From Candidatus Avisuccinivibrio pullicola (GTDB lineage: Bacteria; Pseudomonadota; Gammaproteobacteria; Enterobacterales; Succinivibrionaceae), in the NCBI GenBank assembly GCA_018713485.1, contig DVOQ01000047.1, forward strand, positions 1,386 through 65,385: 64,000 nucleotides of DNA. Direction: 5' to 3'. The notes under the pieces were generated by a model, which saw nothing but the letters and a program-made list of their open reading frames with translations, searched no databases and had not been told where the DNA came from. The position numbers and the translations under genes are program-made. This document shows, piece by piece, positions 9,601-17,252 of this stretch (its first letter is position 1; each line of letters opens with the position of its first letter).

Positions 9601-10653
9601 ATCGACACTATTAAGAATGACTTACAGCACTTTACCGCTAAGCTTCACAAATCTAGCTTCTGGAACAAAGGAGACAGTCCAATCATGCAGTTTAACGCAG
9701 TAGTGGGTAATCCACCTTATCAGATCCCTGATGGGGGAAGCAAAGCCAGTGCCACGCCCGTCTACAATCATTTTGTTGATTTGGCGCGCAACCTTAAACC
9801 TGACTATGTTTCGATGATCATCCCTGCACGCTGGTACAGTGCCGGTCGTGGCTTAGAAAAGTTTCGCGAAAGCATGCTGCAGGATCCCCGCATTCAGAAG
9901 CTGTTTGACTTCTCTGACTCTAATGACTGCTTCAAAGGCGTAGATATTGCTGGCGGGATCTGTTATTTCTTATGGAACAGGCTTTACGATGGTACTGGCG
10001 GTTGCCGTGTGCTTACCAATCACAATGGCTCAATTCAGCAAACGCTACGCAAACTCAATGAGAACAGCATTTTTGTCCGTCATCCTCAGGCGCTGACCAT
10101 TCTCAATAAGGTAAAACAGCATACTAAAGAGTTTTATGCATCCAGAGTAAGCCCAAGAAAGCCGTTTGGCCTAACAACCAATGTAGTTCCAACTAAGGAT
10201 GGAGATCTGATACTGCGCTGCAATAAAGGAACTGGTCCGTTTAGAAGAGAATTGGTAACGGGGTCTTTAGAGTGGGTCGACAAATGGAAAGTTATCATTT
10301 CGTACTTATCCTACGACCATGCTGGTCGGGCAGATAAAAACGGTCAACGGCGAATCTTATCTACTATCGAAATACTGCCTCCTCATGCTGTGTGCACTGA
10401 GACTTATCTTGTGGTTGATGTGTTTGATGATGAAACCAGTGCAAGGAATCTTCTTCAGTATCTTAAGACTAAGTTTGTGCGCTTCATGTTGTCACTGTTG
10501 GTAACAACGCAACATATTACCAAATCAAGTTTTGCTGATGTACCAATTTTGGACATGTCTAAGGTTTGGACGGATGATGAGCTGTATACCAGATATAAAC
10601 TTACAGATGAAGAGATTAGTTTTATTGAGAGCATGATAAAACCGATGTTGTAA
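6655..10653 (+). CDS. 1332-aa fusion: T5orf172/GIY-YIG-like domain + DEAH SF2 helicase + charged coiled coil + gamma-class N6-adenine MTase-like module + C-terminal domain
   Basis: N-terminus LIYVFAI..LLKIGETT..HDVHRVL..IEWFEVD. Helicase motifs MRFGKT (7225-7236), VDEAHEG (DEAH 7531-7542), LSGTP, GRLTTGVTVPEW and QTIFRVQSP. K/E-rich stretch at 8752-8889. MTase-like motifs ETVLTPWRVVNMH, ILEINSKTGLYPLY and VVGNPPYQ (NPPY 9709-9720), followed by IIPARWYSAGRGLEKFR..GGICYFLW. The protein ends LTDEEISFIESMIKPML. Confidence 0.75.
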   Translation: MKSRFGNAFEYKLIYVFAIHDDAHQGLLKIGETTIRPETSIDSLSPNSEELKDAALKRIRQYTSTAGIAVELLYTELATRTVKNEKGQIVIEAFHDHDVHRVLLNSNIERKKPHGVGDKGGIEWFEVDLDTVIRAIEAVKKSQTNLSGIALPKDQKPVPIVFRPEQQEAIDKTFKHFKTGDRMLWNAKMRFGKTLTALQLIKKSGFKKTIIVTHRPVVDDGWYKDFNKIFTDKEIIYGSRGHGNDDVEKLIDSGKDFIYFASLQDLRGSSAVGGKFDKNDAVFQEHWDLVIVDEAHEGTTTDLGDEVIKNIVKEGDGYHTKLLALSGTPFNIARDYDEESTFVWDYVMEQRSKAQWYEEHFGDSNPYDELPELNIYTYDLGKILTDKSYVELEDKAFNFREFFRVWTGDIRYDHKEMPLGAQTGDFVHEVDVKSFLNLITRDDPDSYYPYANDEYRALFRHALWVVPGVKEARALSRLLKQHPVFGMFDIVNVAGDGDEEESSDDALKKVRDAIDFAGSDGYTITLSCGRLTTGVTVPEWTAVFMLAGSYSTSAANYLQTIFRVQSPCNKDGRVKRGCYAFDFAPDRTLKMVAEAAALSSKTKAGKTKPSDRAIMSEFLNYCSVIAVSGTKMKPYDTSRLLQQLKRAYAERAVLSGFDDNNLYNDELLQLDNLEYERFKKLGKIVGSSRPTQRIDEIDINDQGFTDEKHEHNAKDDKKPPRNLSEEEKKLRQEQKERQKKRKEAISILRGISIRMPLMIYGANIPMDEDITMESLIKIVDDTSWDEFMPNGVTKEMFRDFIRYYDPDVFVAASRRIRAIAENADSYSPLERVKKITELFSYFKNPDKETVLTPWRVVNMHLSDCLGGYDFFDDHHEKVLSEPRFVDRGKETADTFANPKARILEINSKTGLYPLYVTYSIFRSRCAFCTEELTDDKQRELWDSTVKENVFVLCKTPMARQITIRTLIGYRNVTVNAVYFNHLIDTIKNDLQHFTAKLHKSSFWNKGDSPIMQFNAVVGNPPYQIPDGGSKASATPVYNHFVDLARNLKPDYVSMIIPARWYSAGRGLEKFRESMLQDPRIQKLFDFSDSNDCFKGVDIAGGICYFLWNRLYDGTGGCRVLTNHNGSIQQTLRKLNENSIFVRHPQALTILNKVKQHTKEFYASRVSPRKPFGLTTNVVPTKDGDLILRCNKGTGPFRRELVTGSLEWVDKWKVIISYLSYDHAGRADKNGQRRILSTIEILPPHAVCTETYLVVDVFDDETSARNLLQYLKTKFVRFMLSLLVTTQHITKSSFADVPILDMSKVWTDDELYTRYKLTDEEISFIESMIKPML

Positions 10654-10999
10654 GGTCTGCGGAAATGTTGCCGGATTTACTCTTGAGAGACGTTGTAGAA
10701 AGCGCTTCAAAGGACTGGATACATGTATCTTTGTATGTGCAGATGACTGACCCAGGAGAACGTCTCGTGTAGCTACGATAAAAAAGTAGAGCTTGAAGAC
10801 CGGCAATAGTTACTCGGTAAAGTATGTGCCTCTGAAATCGCGTAAGATTTCTTGAAATACGGTGGGGGATATAAGAGGGAGAGGCTAAAGAGAGAGTCAC
10901 GTATGCGATTTTCCTTCATCCACTTTCTTTTTGCAGCGGTTATAATGGCTCACGTTTTTACGTGTTTTATACCGTGTTTATGAGTTAAAGAGGACAGCG

Positions 11000-12187
11000 A
11001 TGACCGACGTTAATGCGGCATTACGTGAGATCTCAAGAGGTGTCTCTGAGATCATCCCCGTTGAGGAATTAAAGGCCAAGCTCGAAAGCGGCCGTCAGCT
11101 TATCGTCAAGTTAGGCATGGATCCCACCGCCCCTGATATCCACCTCGGGCATACCGTGATCCTGAACAAGCTGCGCACCTTCCAGGAATTAGGCCACAAG
11201 GTGGTGCTGCTTATCGGTGACTTTACCGCCGCAGTGGGCGATCCCTCAGGTAAGAACGCCACCCGCCCGCAGTTATCCCGTGAGCAGATCATGCACAATG
11301 CTGAGACCTACGCGCAGCAGGCCTTCAAGGTGCTTGACCGCAGCAAGACCGAGATCCGCTATAACTCCGAGTGGTTATCGAAGTTAGGGGCCGAAGGCAC
11401 CATCCGCCTCGCCTCCAAGTTAACCGTGGCGCGAATGTTAGAGCGTGATGATTTCACCAAGCGCTATCAGTCAGGGCAGCCGATTGCCATTCACGAGTTC
11501 CTGTATCCGCTCTTCCAGGGTTACGACAGCGTGGCGCTGCACGCGGATATCGAGTTAGGCGGCACCGATCAGAAATTTAACCTGCTCATGGGCCGTGAAC
11601 TGCAGAAGGACGCGGGCATGGAGCCGCAGTGTGTGCTCATGATGCCGCTGTTAGTGGGTCTTGACGGCGTCAAGAAGATGTCCAAGTCGGCCGGTAATTA
11701 CATTGGCGTCCACGATGAGCCTCAGGATATGTTCGGCAAGATCATGTCCTTAAGCGATGAGCTGATGTGGAATTACTACGATCTGCTGTCCTTCAGGGCC
11801 GTGGACGAGATTGAGGATCTAAAGCGTCGCTGTGCCTCGGGCGAAATGAACCCGCGCGACGCCAAGCTGGAGTTGGGCCGCGAGATCGTCGCCCGCTATC
11901 ACGGGCAGGAAGCCGGCGATGCCGCCGTGACAGCCTTCTTAAATCAGTTTGCCAAGGGCGCTCTGCCTGAGGACATGCCGGAGGTGACGCTGGAGCGCCT
12001 GCCGCTTGCCAATCTCTTAAAGGAAGCCGGTCTGTGCGAGACCACTTCCGAGGCCCTGCGCATGATTAGGCAGCACGCGGTGCGTGTTGATGGCGAGGCC
12101 GTTGAGAGCAAGGAGGCTCAAATTGCCGATGGCACTCACGTTTTTCAGGTCGGAAAACGCCGCTTTGCCAGGATCACCGTAAAATAG
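11000..12187 (+). CDS. tyrS: Tyrosine--tRNA ligase
   Basis: HIGH-type motif (PDIHLGH), KMSKS motif and a C-terminal S4-like domain. The length is 395 aa. Confidence 0.95.
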   Translation: MTDVNAALREISRGVSEIIPVEELKAKLESGRQLIVKLGMDPTAPDIHLGHTVILNKLRTFQELGHKVVLLIGDFTAAVGDPSGKNATRPQLSREQIMHNAETYAQQAFKVLDRSKTEIRYNSEWLSKLGAEGTIRLASKLTVARMLERDDFTKRYQSGQPIAIHEFLYPLFQGYDSVALHADIELGGTDQKFNLLMGRELQKDAGMEPQCVLMMPLLVGLDGVKKMSKSAGNYIGVHDEPQDMFGKIMSLSDELMWNYYDLLSFRAVDEIEDLKRRCASGEMNPRDAKLELGREIVARYHGQEAGDAAVTAFLNQFAKGALPEDMPEVTLERLPLANLLKEAGLCETTSEALRMIRQHAVRVDGEAVESKEAQIADGTHVFQVGKRRFARITVK

Positions 12188-12216
12188 CTCCATTCAGGAC
12201 AAAAGGAGATCTCTTC

Positions 12217-12876
12217 ATGACACAGGATGAACTCAAGGAGATGGTGGCGAAAGCGGCCCTCGATTACATTCCTAAGGATGGAATTCTGGGCGTGGGCTCC
12301 GGTTCCACCGTGGTCAAGTTCATTGAGGCTATTGCACGCTATAAAGTGAAGGTGGATGCCGCGGTTTCAAGCTCCAATAAAACCACCGAACTCTTAAAGG
12401 GTATCGGGGTGCGGGTGCTTGATCCCAATGAGTGCGAGCCTTACGGCTGCTACATTGACGGGGCGGACGAGGTCAATCCCGCCTTTGAGATGATCAAGGG
12501 CGGCGGTGCCTGCCTGACGCGCGAGAAGATCTTAGCCTCCATGGCCGAGAAGTTCATCTGCATCGTGGATAAGTCGAAGTTAGTTGAGCAATTAGGCCGC
12601 TTCCCCCTGCCCGTGGAGGTCATTCCCATGGCTATAGGTCAGGTGTCGCGCACCCTGACGGCCCTGGGGGCCCGTCCCGTGCTGCGCGCAGGCTGCATCA
12701 CCGACAACGGCTGCAATATTCTTGACTGTCATGACTTCATGATCCCCGATGCCGGAAAGACCGAGGATCTTATTAACGCCATCCCAGGCGTGGTGACGGT
12801 GGGCCTTTTTGCTCACCGCAAGGCCAATGTGGTGCTCTATGCCACGGAAGAGGGCGTCCAGACCCGCTCATGGTAA
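12217..12876 (+). CDS. rpiA: Ribose-5-phosphate isomerase A
   Basis: GVGSGST, DGADEV and KGGGACLTREK motifs; 219 aa. Confidence 0.93.
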   Translation: MTQDELKEMVAKAALDYIPKDGILGVGSGSTVVKFIEAIARYKVKVDAAVSSSNKTTELLKGIGVRVLDPNECEPYGCYIDGADEVNPAFEMIKGGGACLTREKILASMAEKFICIVDKSKLVEQLGRFPLPVEVIPMAIGQVSRTLTALGARPVLRAGCITDNGCNILDCHDFMIPDAGKTEDLINAIPGVVTVGLFAHRKANVVLYATEEGVQTRSW

Positions 12877-12905
12877 CGCCACTCACGGCTATGTAAACAA
12901 TGGAG

Positions 12906-12931
12906 ACGGATCCCTCAGGGGATCCGTTTTT
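12906..12931 (+). terminator. Rho-independent terminator after rpiA
   Basis: ACGGATCCC-TCAG-GGGATCCGT followed by TTTTT. Confidence 0.75.
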
Positions 12932-13048
12932 CCAGGGCGGAGATGCAGCCTTAAAGTCTGTACTGAGGGATGGCTGATTTCTTCCCTGACTATGCTATTC
13001 TGGTTGTGGTTAAGAGGCGTGGGCTTTTCCTGAGTTGCAGAGGTAGGT

Positions 13049-14710
13049 ATGAGGGGTGTTGCATATGAGTTGCCGTTAGGAGAAACCTGCTTCAGGCGTC
13101 TGAGGCAGTCAGGAACCAGGATCTATGTCGATAAGACCGCTCTGATTTACAGACTGGTGAACGAAGACCGGTTCTGTCTGTTAACGAGGCCGCGCCGCTT
13201 TGGTAAAAGCTTACTGCTCTCTACAATAGAAAGTCTCTTTCGTGATGGACTTAGGTATTTTACGGATCTGGAAATTGCAAAACTCTGGAAAGAGGAATTA
13301 TGTTGCGTACTGTATCTCGATCTAAGCGGGATTAATCTAAGCTCAGTGCAGTCCCTTAACCGTTCCCTGGTATCCCTGTTAAGACAGGCTGCAGAACAGA
13401 ATGGACTAAATACCGCAACTTTGCCGGATGAAGATCCGATTACGGCTCTGAACGAATTTGTGCGTCTGTCGCTTAGCCGCGACGTGGTGATTTTAGTGGA
13501 TGAGTATGACTGTCCTGTGCGGGCCCAGTTTGCGGATCCGGCACTGCGTGCTGACGTACTCAATGTCATGAAAGCTTTTTTCACAACGGTTAAAAGCCTG
13601 GCTAAGTACTGCCGTTTCATGATGTTCAGCGGTATTACACGCAATACCCTAAGCGATGAGTATTCATGTCTGAATTTCCTTACCGATGTAAGCCTCGATC
13701 CTAAATACAGCACTCTCCTCGGTTACACGGAAGAGGAACTGCAGCAGTATTTTGCTCCGTACCTCAGGCATATTCAGGAAATCTATCAGCTCAGCGATAA
13801 TGAGGTCATCAGTAAAATCCGCTTCTTTTATGATGGGTACTCGTTTGACTGTTTTGGAAAGCAGAAGGTTTACAACAACTGGTCTATTTTAAGGCTCTTT
13901 AGAGATCCGCTGTGCTCGTTTGGTGAGTACTGGTATGAAAGCGGGGATCTGAGTGAGTATCTAAAAGATTATTTTCTTGAGAAAAGTCTTTCCAGTGAGG
14001 GGCCGCTGCTCTCTAAAATGCTCGACAGTCTGCATCAGGATACCTACATCAGTATCTCCTCGCTTAAGTTTGTTCCCGAGTTTAACGAGGTGAATGCCCC
14101 GGCTCTTTTGTTTTATCTCGGCTATCTGACCATAAAGGACGCGTTCGACAGAAAATATCCGCAGCGTCTGGTACTGACCTTGCCTAATCACGAAATCGAG
14201 TCCTCCTTAGCTAAACTTTACACGAGGGTGATGTATCGCAGAGATCCTGAGGAGGTGGCAGGCTTTTTTGATGCACTGCTGGGAACGCTGCACGACTACG
14301 CTCATCTGTCAGAACTTGCCTCCAGACTGGAGCTGCTCTACAACACCTATTCGTATGATTCTCAGATTTACCGTAAGGAAGCCCTGTTAAGGGACGCCCT
14401 GTATGTGGGATGCTGTATGCACCTTATTCCGGTATGCAGAGAAAAGGTCAATGCTAAGGGACGCTCGGATCTGGAAATCAGCCTCAACGGGGAGAGAGTG
14501 GTCTTTGAGTTTAAGGTAGCATCTACGCCAGACAGGGTCGCAGCTAAACTTTCTGAGGCTTCGCAGCAGATGGAGGAGCGCTCTTACGGAGAGGAGCTTC
14601 CTGAGGCCAGACTTACCCGCTATTCCATAGTGGTGTGCTCGGCAACCCGTAAAGTGGCTGCGATTACAGCCCGTCAGGGGGGCGAAGTTTTAGGCCGCTA
14701 TCTGGCCTGA
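13049..14710 (+). CDS. Predicted AAA-ATPase-like N-terminal domain fused to a PD-(D/E)xK nuclease-like C-terminal domain
   Basis: IYVDKTALIYRLV..LLTRPRRFGKSLLLSTIESLF is the signature of the 'predicted AAA-ATPase' family. The C-terminal GRSDLEISLNGERVVFEFK fits a PD-(D/E)xK core. The gene is lower in GC than its neighbours. Confidence 0.75.
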   Translation: MRGVAYELPLGETCFRRLRQSGTRIYVDKTALIYRLVNEDRFCLLTRPRRFGKSLLLSTIESLFRDGLRYFTDLEIAKLWKEELCCVLYLDLSGINLSSVQSLNRSLVSLLRQAAEQNGLNTATLPDEDPITALNEFVRLSLSRDVVILVDEYDCPVRAQFADPALRADVLNVMKAFFTTVKSLAKYCRFMMFSGITRNTLSDEYSCLNFLTDVSLDPKYSTLLGYTEEELQQYFAPYLRHIQEIYQLSDNEVISKIRFFYDGYSFDCFGKQKVYNNWSILRLFRDPLCSFGEYWYESGDLSEYLKDYFLEKSLSSEGPLLSKMLDSLHQDTYISISSLKFVPEFNEVNAPALLFYLGYLTIKDAFDRKYPQRLVLTLPNHEIESSLAKLYTRVMYRRDPEEVAGFFDALLGTLHDYAHLSELASRLELLYNTYSYDSQIYRKEALLRDALYVGCCMHLIPVCREKVNAKGRSDLEISLNGERVVFEFKVASTPDRVAAKLSEASQQMEERSYGEELPEARLTRYSIVVCSATRKVAAITARQGGEVLGRYLA

Positions 14711-14843
14711 TGAATGCCGCACTTCTCAGGGGTATGAGACAGCTGTGCAGTATCCTGAGTGCGAAAGCGTAAAGAGCATGGGCAGTGACTTCCTGCCCTG
14801 CTAGAATAGGGTAAGAGGAAAAAAACTCCTTCTGCGTAACACC

Positions 14844-14858
14844 TGGCACGTTTTTTGA
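14844..14858 (+). promoter_or_regulatory. Candidate sigma54 (-24/-12) promoter for fliE-fliI
   Basis: TGGCACG-TTTT-TTGA compared with the consensus TGGCACG-N4-TTGC(A/T). It lies about 50 nt upstream of the fliE ATG. Confidence 0.5.
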
Positions 14859-14880
14859 GTAGTAAGGGTTAGGAACCCTA

Positions 14881-14901
14881 AATTACGTCAAAATTACGTC
14901 A
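14881..14901 (+). repeat. Tandem direct repeat AATTACGTCA-A-AATTACGTCA in the fliE leader
   Basis: An exact 10-mer occurs twice with a 1-nt spacer, ending at the fliE Shine-Dalgarno (AGAGG). Confidence 0.6.
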
Positions 14902-14910
14902 GAGGTGTTT

Positions 14911-15348
14911 ATGTTAGCGGGTATTGGCAGTTCTCTTTCCGGCGCGTCGATGGTGCAGGCCCTTTCGCAGATGCAAAAGCAGATGCAGAGCCTGCAGGTA
15001 AGCACTCCGGATCCGGCTAAGGCTCAGGAAGAGATGCTCTCTTCGGCAGGTCTTTCCGTGCAGGGCACTACTCCTGCCGTACAGGACAACGGCCTCATTG
15101 AGGGGCCGACGGCTAACGACAGCGTAGGCGAGTTCGCCGCGATGCTGTCCAGGGCCTTTGAGAACGTCAATATTCTGCAAAACGAGAGCTCCTCAATGCA
15201 GTCACGCTTTGACGTGGGCGATCGCTCGGTGTCGCTCGCAGACGTGATGTTAGCCTCGCAGAAATCGAGTATTTCCTTTGAGGCAACGCTGCAGGTACGT
15301 AATAAAATGGTGGATGCGTATAAGACCATCATGCAGATGCAGATTTAA
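14911..15348 (+). CDS. fliE: Flagellar hook-basal body complex protein FliE
   Basis: C-terminus VSLADVMLASQKSSISFEATLQVRNKMVDAYKTIMQMQI, with synteny to fliF. Start taken at ATG 14911 (AGAGG upstream); the track starts at GTG 14905. Confidence 0.85.
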   Translation: MLAGIGSSLSGASMVQALSQMQKQMQSLQVSTPDPAKAQEEMLSSAGLSVQGTTPAVQDNGLIEGPTANDSVGEFAAMLSRAFENVNILQNESSSMQSRFDVGDRSVSLADVMLASQKSSISFEATLQVRNKMVDAYKTIMQMQI

Positions 15349-15364
15349 GTAATAGGAAAAAGAC

Positions 15365-17242
15365 ATGTCTGAGCAGGAATTTCCACTCGCGAGGGGTGCC
15401 GCTACCTCCGCTACGCCGCCGGCACTGCCTGAGCAGGAGAACGGAGGCTCCGCGCAGGGTTTAGCTGAAATGGAGGGGGATAACGCCTCCACGGCTCCCG
15501 CCGTCCCCGAGGGTTCTGCCACTGCGGAAAAACGCCGTTCCCGCTTCGGCGATTTCTTCCGTAACGGGGAAATTCTGCGCCGTATTGTCATCTTAGGCCT
15601 GCTGGTACTTTTCCTTGCCGGAGCGATTTTCGGCATGATAAGCCTGCAGTCGGGCGGTAGCAGTTCCGAGCCCGCCTACCGTGAGTTAGGACGTTATACG
15701 CCCACCGAGATAGGTCCCATTCTCGATTTTCTGGATACGGAGGGTTTTGACTACCGTTTAAACGGTGCGGAGAGCATTACCGTGCCGGTGGAGGATTATG
15801 CGCAGATCCGTGAGCTGATGCTGCGCCGCGGGATCGCGGTGCCCGAGGAGGTGACGGACGAGGGCGACTCCATCATCATGACGGACTCGGGTTTTGGTGT
15901 CTCACAGCGCCTTGAGGGCGAGAGAATCAAGCACGGGCGCGAGGTGCAGTTAGCCCGTGCCATTGAGCGTATTGACGGAGTGGAGCACGCGACGGTGCTG
16001 TTAGCCATTCCTAAGGAAAACGTCTTCGCGCGTGCCGAGAGACGTCCGTCAGCGGCCGTGGTTGTGACCCTGCGCAACGGCGCCTATCTTTCGCCGGAAT
16101 CCGTGAACTCCATCCGCTTTATGGTGGCCTCATCGGTGCACAATCTCCTCTCCAAGGACGTGACGGTGACCGATCAGACGGGACGGCTTTTAAGCAATCA
16201 GGCCACGAACGCAGCCGGCGAGGATAAGCTGCAGAAGGAATTTGAGCTCAGAACCCTGCGTGAGGCGCAGTACCGCGACAAGTTAGATTCCATCCTCGCA
16301 CCGATGCTGGGACTTGGCAATTACTCCGCCGAGGTGGACGTGACGCTCGATACCACCGTTGAGGAGGAGACACGGCAGATTTTCAATCCCGACAATCAGG
16401 CGGTGCGCTCGGAGACCTTACGCGAGGAAAGCGGCGCGCAGCCGGAGACCAATCCTTACGGGGTGCCGGGTTCTCTGTCCAATCAGCCGCCGGCTAATGC
16501 CGTCATTCCGCAGCAGTTTAGGGACGGAACGGCGACGGGAGCTACCGGCGCTGACAGTCAGAATCAGGAAAGCCGCGAGGCGGTGCGCAATTACGAGGTG
16601 GATACCACTATCCGTCACACGACGCGCCCGACCAATACCGTGTCGCGCCTTACCGTGTCCGTGGCGGTGGATTACCTGCGTCAGGTGGGGCCTGACGGGG
16701 TAGTGACGTGGGTGCCGCGGCCGCAGGAGGATCTCGACAAAATCGCTGATCTGGTACGCGGCGGCTTAGGCCTTGACGAGCGGCGCGGAGATATCGTCAA
16801 CGTGGAGACGCTGTCCTTCCCGCACGCGGAGGAAAAGCCGGTACTGCCGTGGTGGCAGCAGGAGAGCTTCTACCGCATCGTGCGCATCGTGGGCGCGGTC
16901 ATCGTGGTGCTCATCCTCGTCATTTTCGTGATCCGTCCCATGATCAACCGTCTTATCAAGGGTAAGAGCGAGGAGGATCAGGCTCTCGACGAGGCCGATC
17001 TTGACAATGAGAGCGCGCTGGAGGGCAATGACGATCTCAATCTCATTGCCGAGCGCTCGGATATGGCCGATCAGGTGTACTCCATTAACCGTGACGGCGG
17101 TATCGAGCTGCCCAATTTAAGACGCAACGAGGATCTGCTGAAGGCCGTGCGTACCTTAGTGTCTAATGAGCCGCAGTTATCCACTGAGGTGATCCGCGAC
17201 TGGATTAACTCCGATCTCGCTGACAGCAAGAAAAAGGCTTAA
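15365..17242 (+). CDS. fliF: Flagellar M-ring protein FliF (with a low-complexity N-terminal extension)
   Basis: Typical FliF core (RELMLRRGI, ELARAIERIDGVEHATVLLAIPKE, YRDKLDSILAPMLG), two TM segments, and synteny. Confidence 0.92.
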   Translation: MSEQEFPLARGAATSATPPALPEQENGGSAQGLAEMEGDNASTAPAVPEGSATAEKRRSRFGDFFRNGEILRRIVILGLLVLFLAGAIFGMISLQSGGSSSEPAYRELGRYTPTEIGPILDFLDTEGFDYRLNGAESITVPVEDYAQIRELMLRRGIAVPEEVTDEGDSIIMTDSGFGVSQRLEGERIKHGREVQLARAIERIDGVEHATVLLAIPKENVFARAERRPSAAVVVTLRNGAYLSPESVNSIRFMVASSVHNLLSKDVTVTDQTGRLLSNQATNAAGEDKLQKEFELRTLREAQYRDKLDSILAPMLGLGNYSAEVDVTLDTTVEEETRQIFNPDNQAVRSETLREESGAQPETNPYGVPGSLSNQPPANAVIPQQFRDGTATGATGADSQNQESREAVRNYEVDTTIRHTTRPTNTVSRLTVSVAVDYLRQVGPDGVVTWVPRPQEDLDKIADLVRGGLGLDERRGDIVNVETLSFPHAEEKPVLPWWQQESFYRIVRIVGAVIVVLILVIFVIRPMINRLIKGKSEEDQALDEADLDNESALEGNDDLNLIAERSDMADQVYSINRDGGIELPNLRRNEDLLKAVRTLVSNEPQLSTEVIRDWINSDLADSKKKA

Positions 17243-17252
17243 GGAGTAAGTC

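Larger units (their letters stand above)
5075..10999. other. AT-rich genomic island (two-gene candidate defence locus plus AT-rich flanks), with no integrase or transposase visible
   Basis: The composition drops abruptly. Single-line spot counts give 21/60 G+C at 6661-6720 versus 33/60 at 11101-11160. Shine-Dalgarno sequences are absent before the first gene, unlike the neighbouring genes. Confidence 0.6.

Noticed and set aside
10525-10900. Two overlapping minus-strand ORFs (93 and 92 aa) and a 35-aa plus-strand ORF (about 10665-10772) in the right flank of the island
   Set aside because: They have no RBS and no recognisable motifs, and they overlap one another in AT-rich DNA. They could be debris of a lost third island gene, but I cannot support a call.
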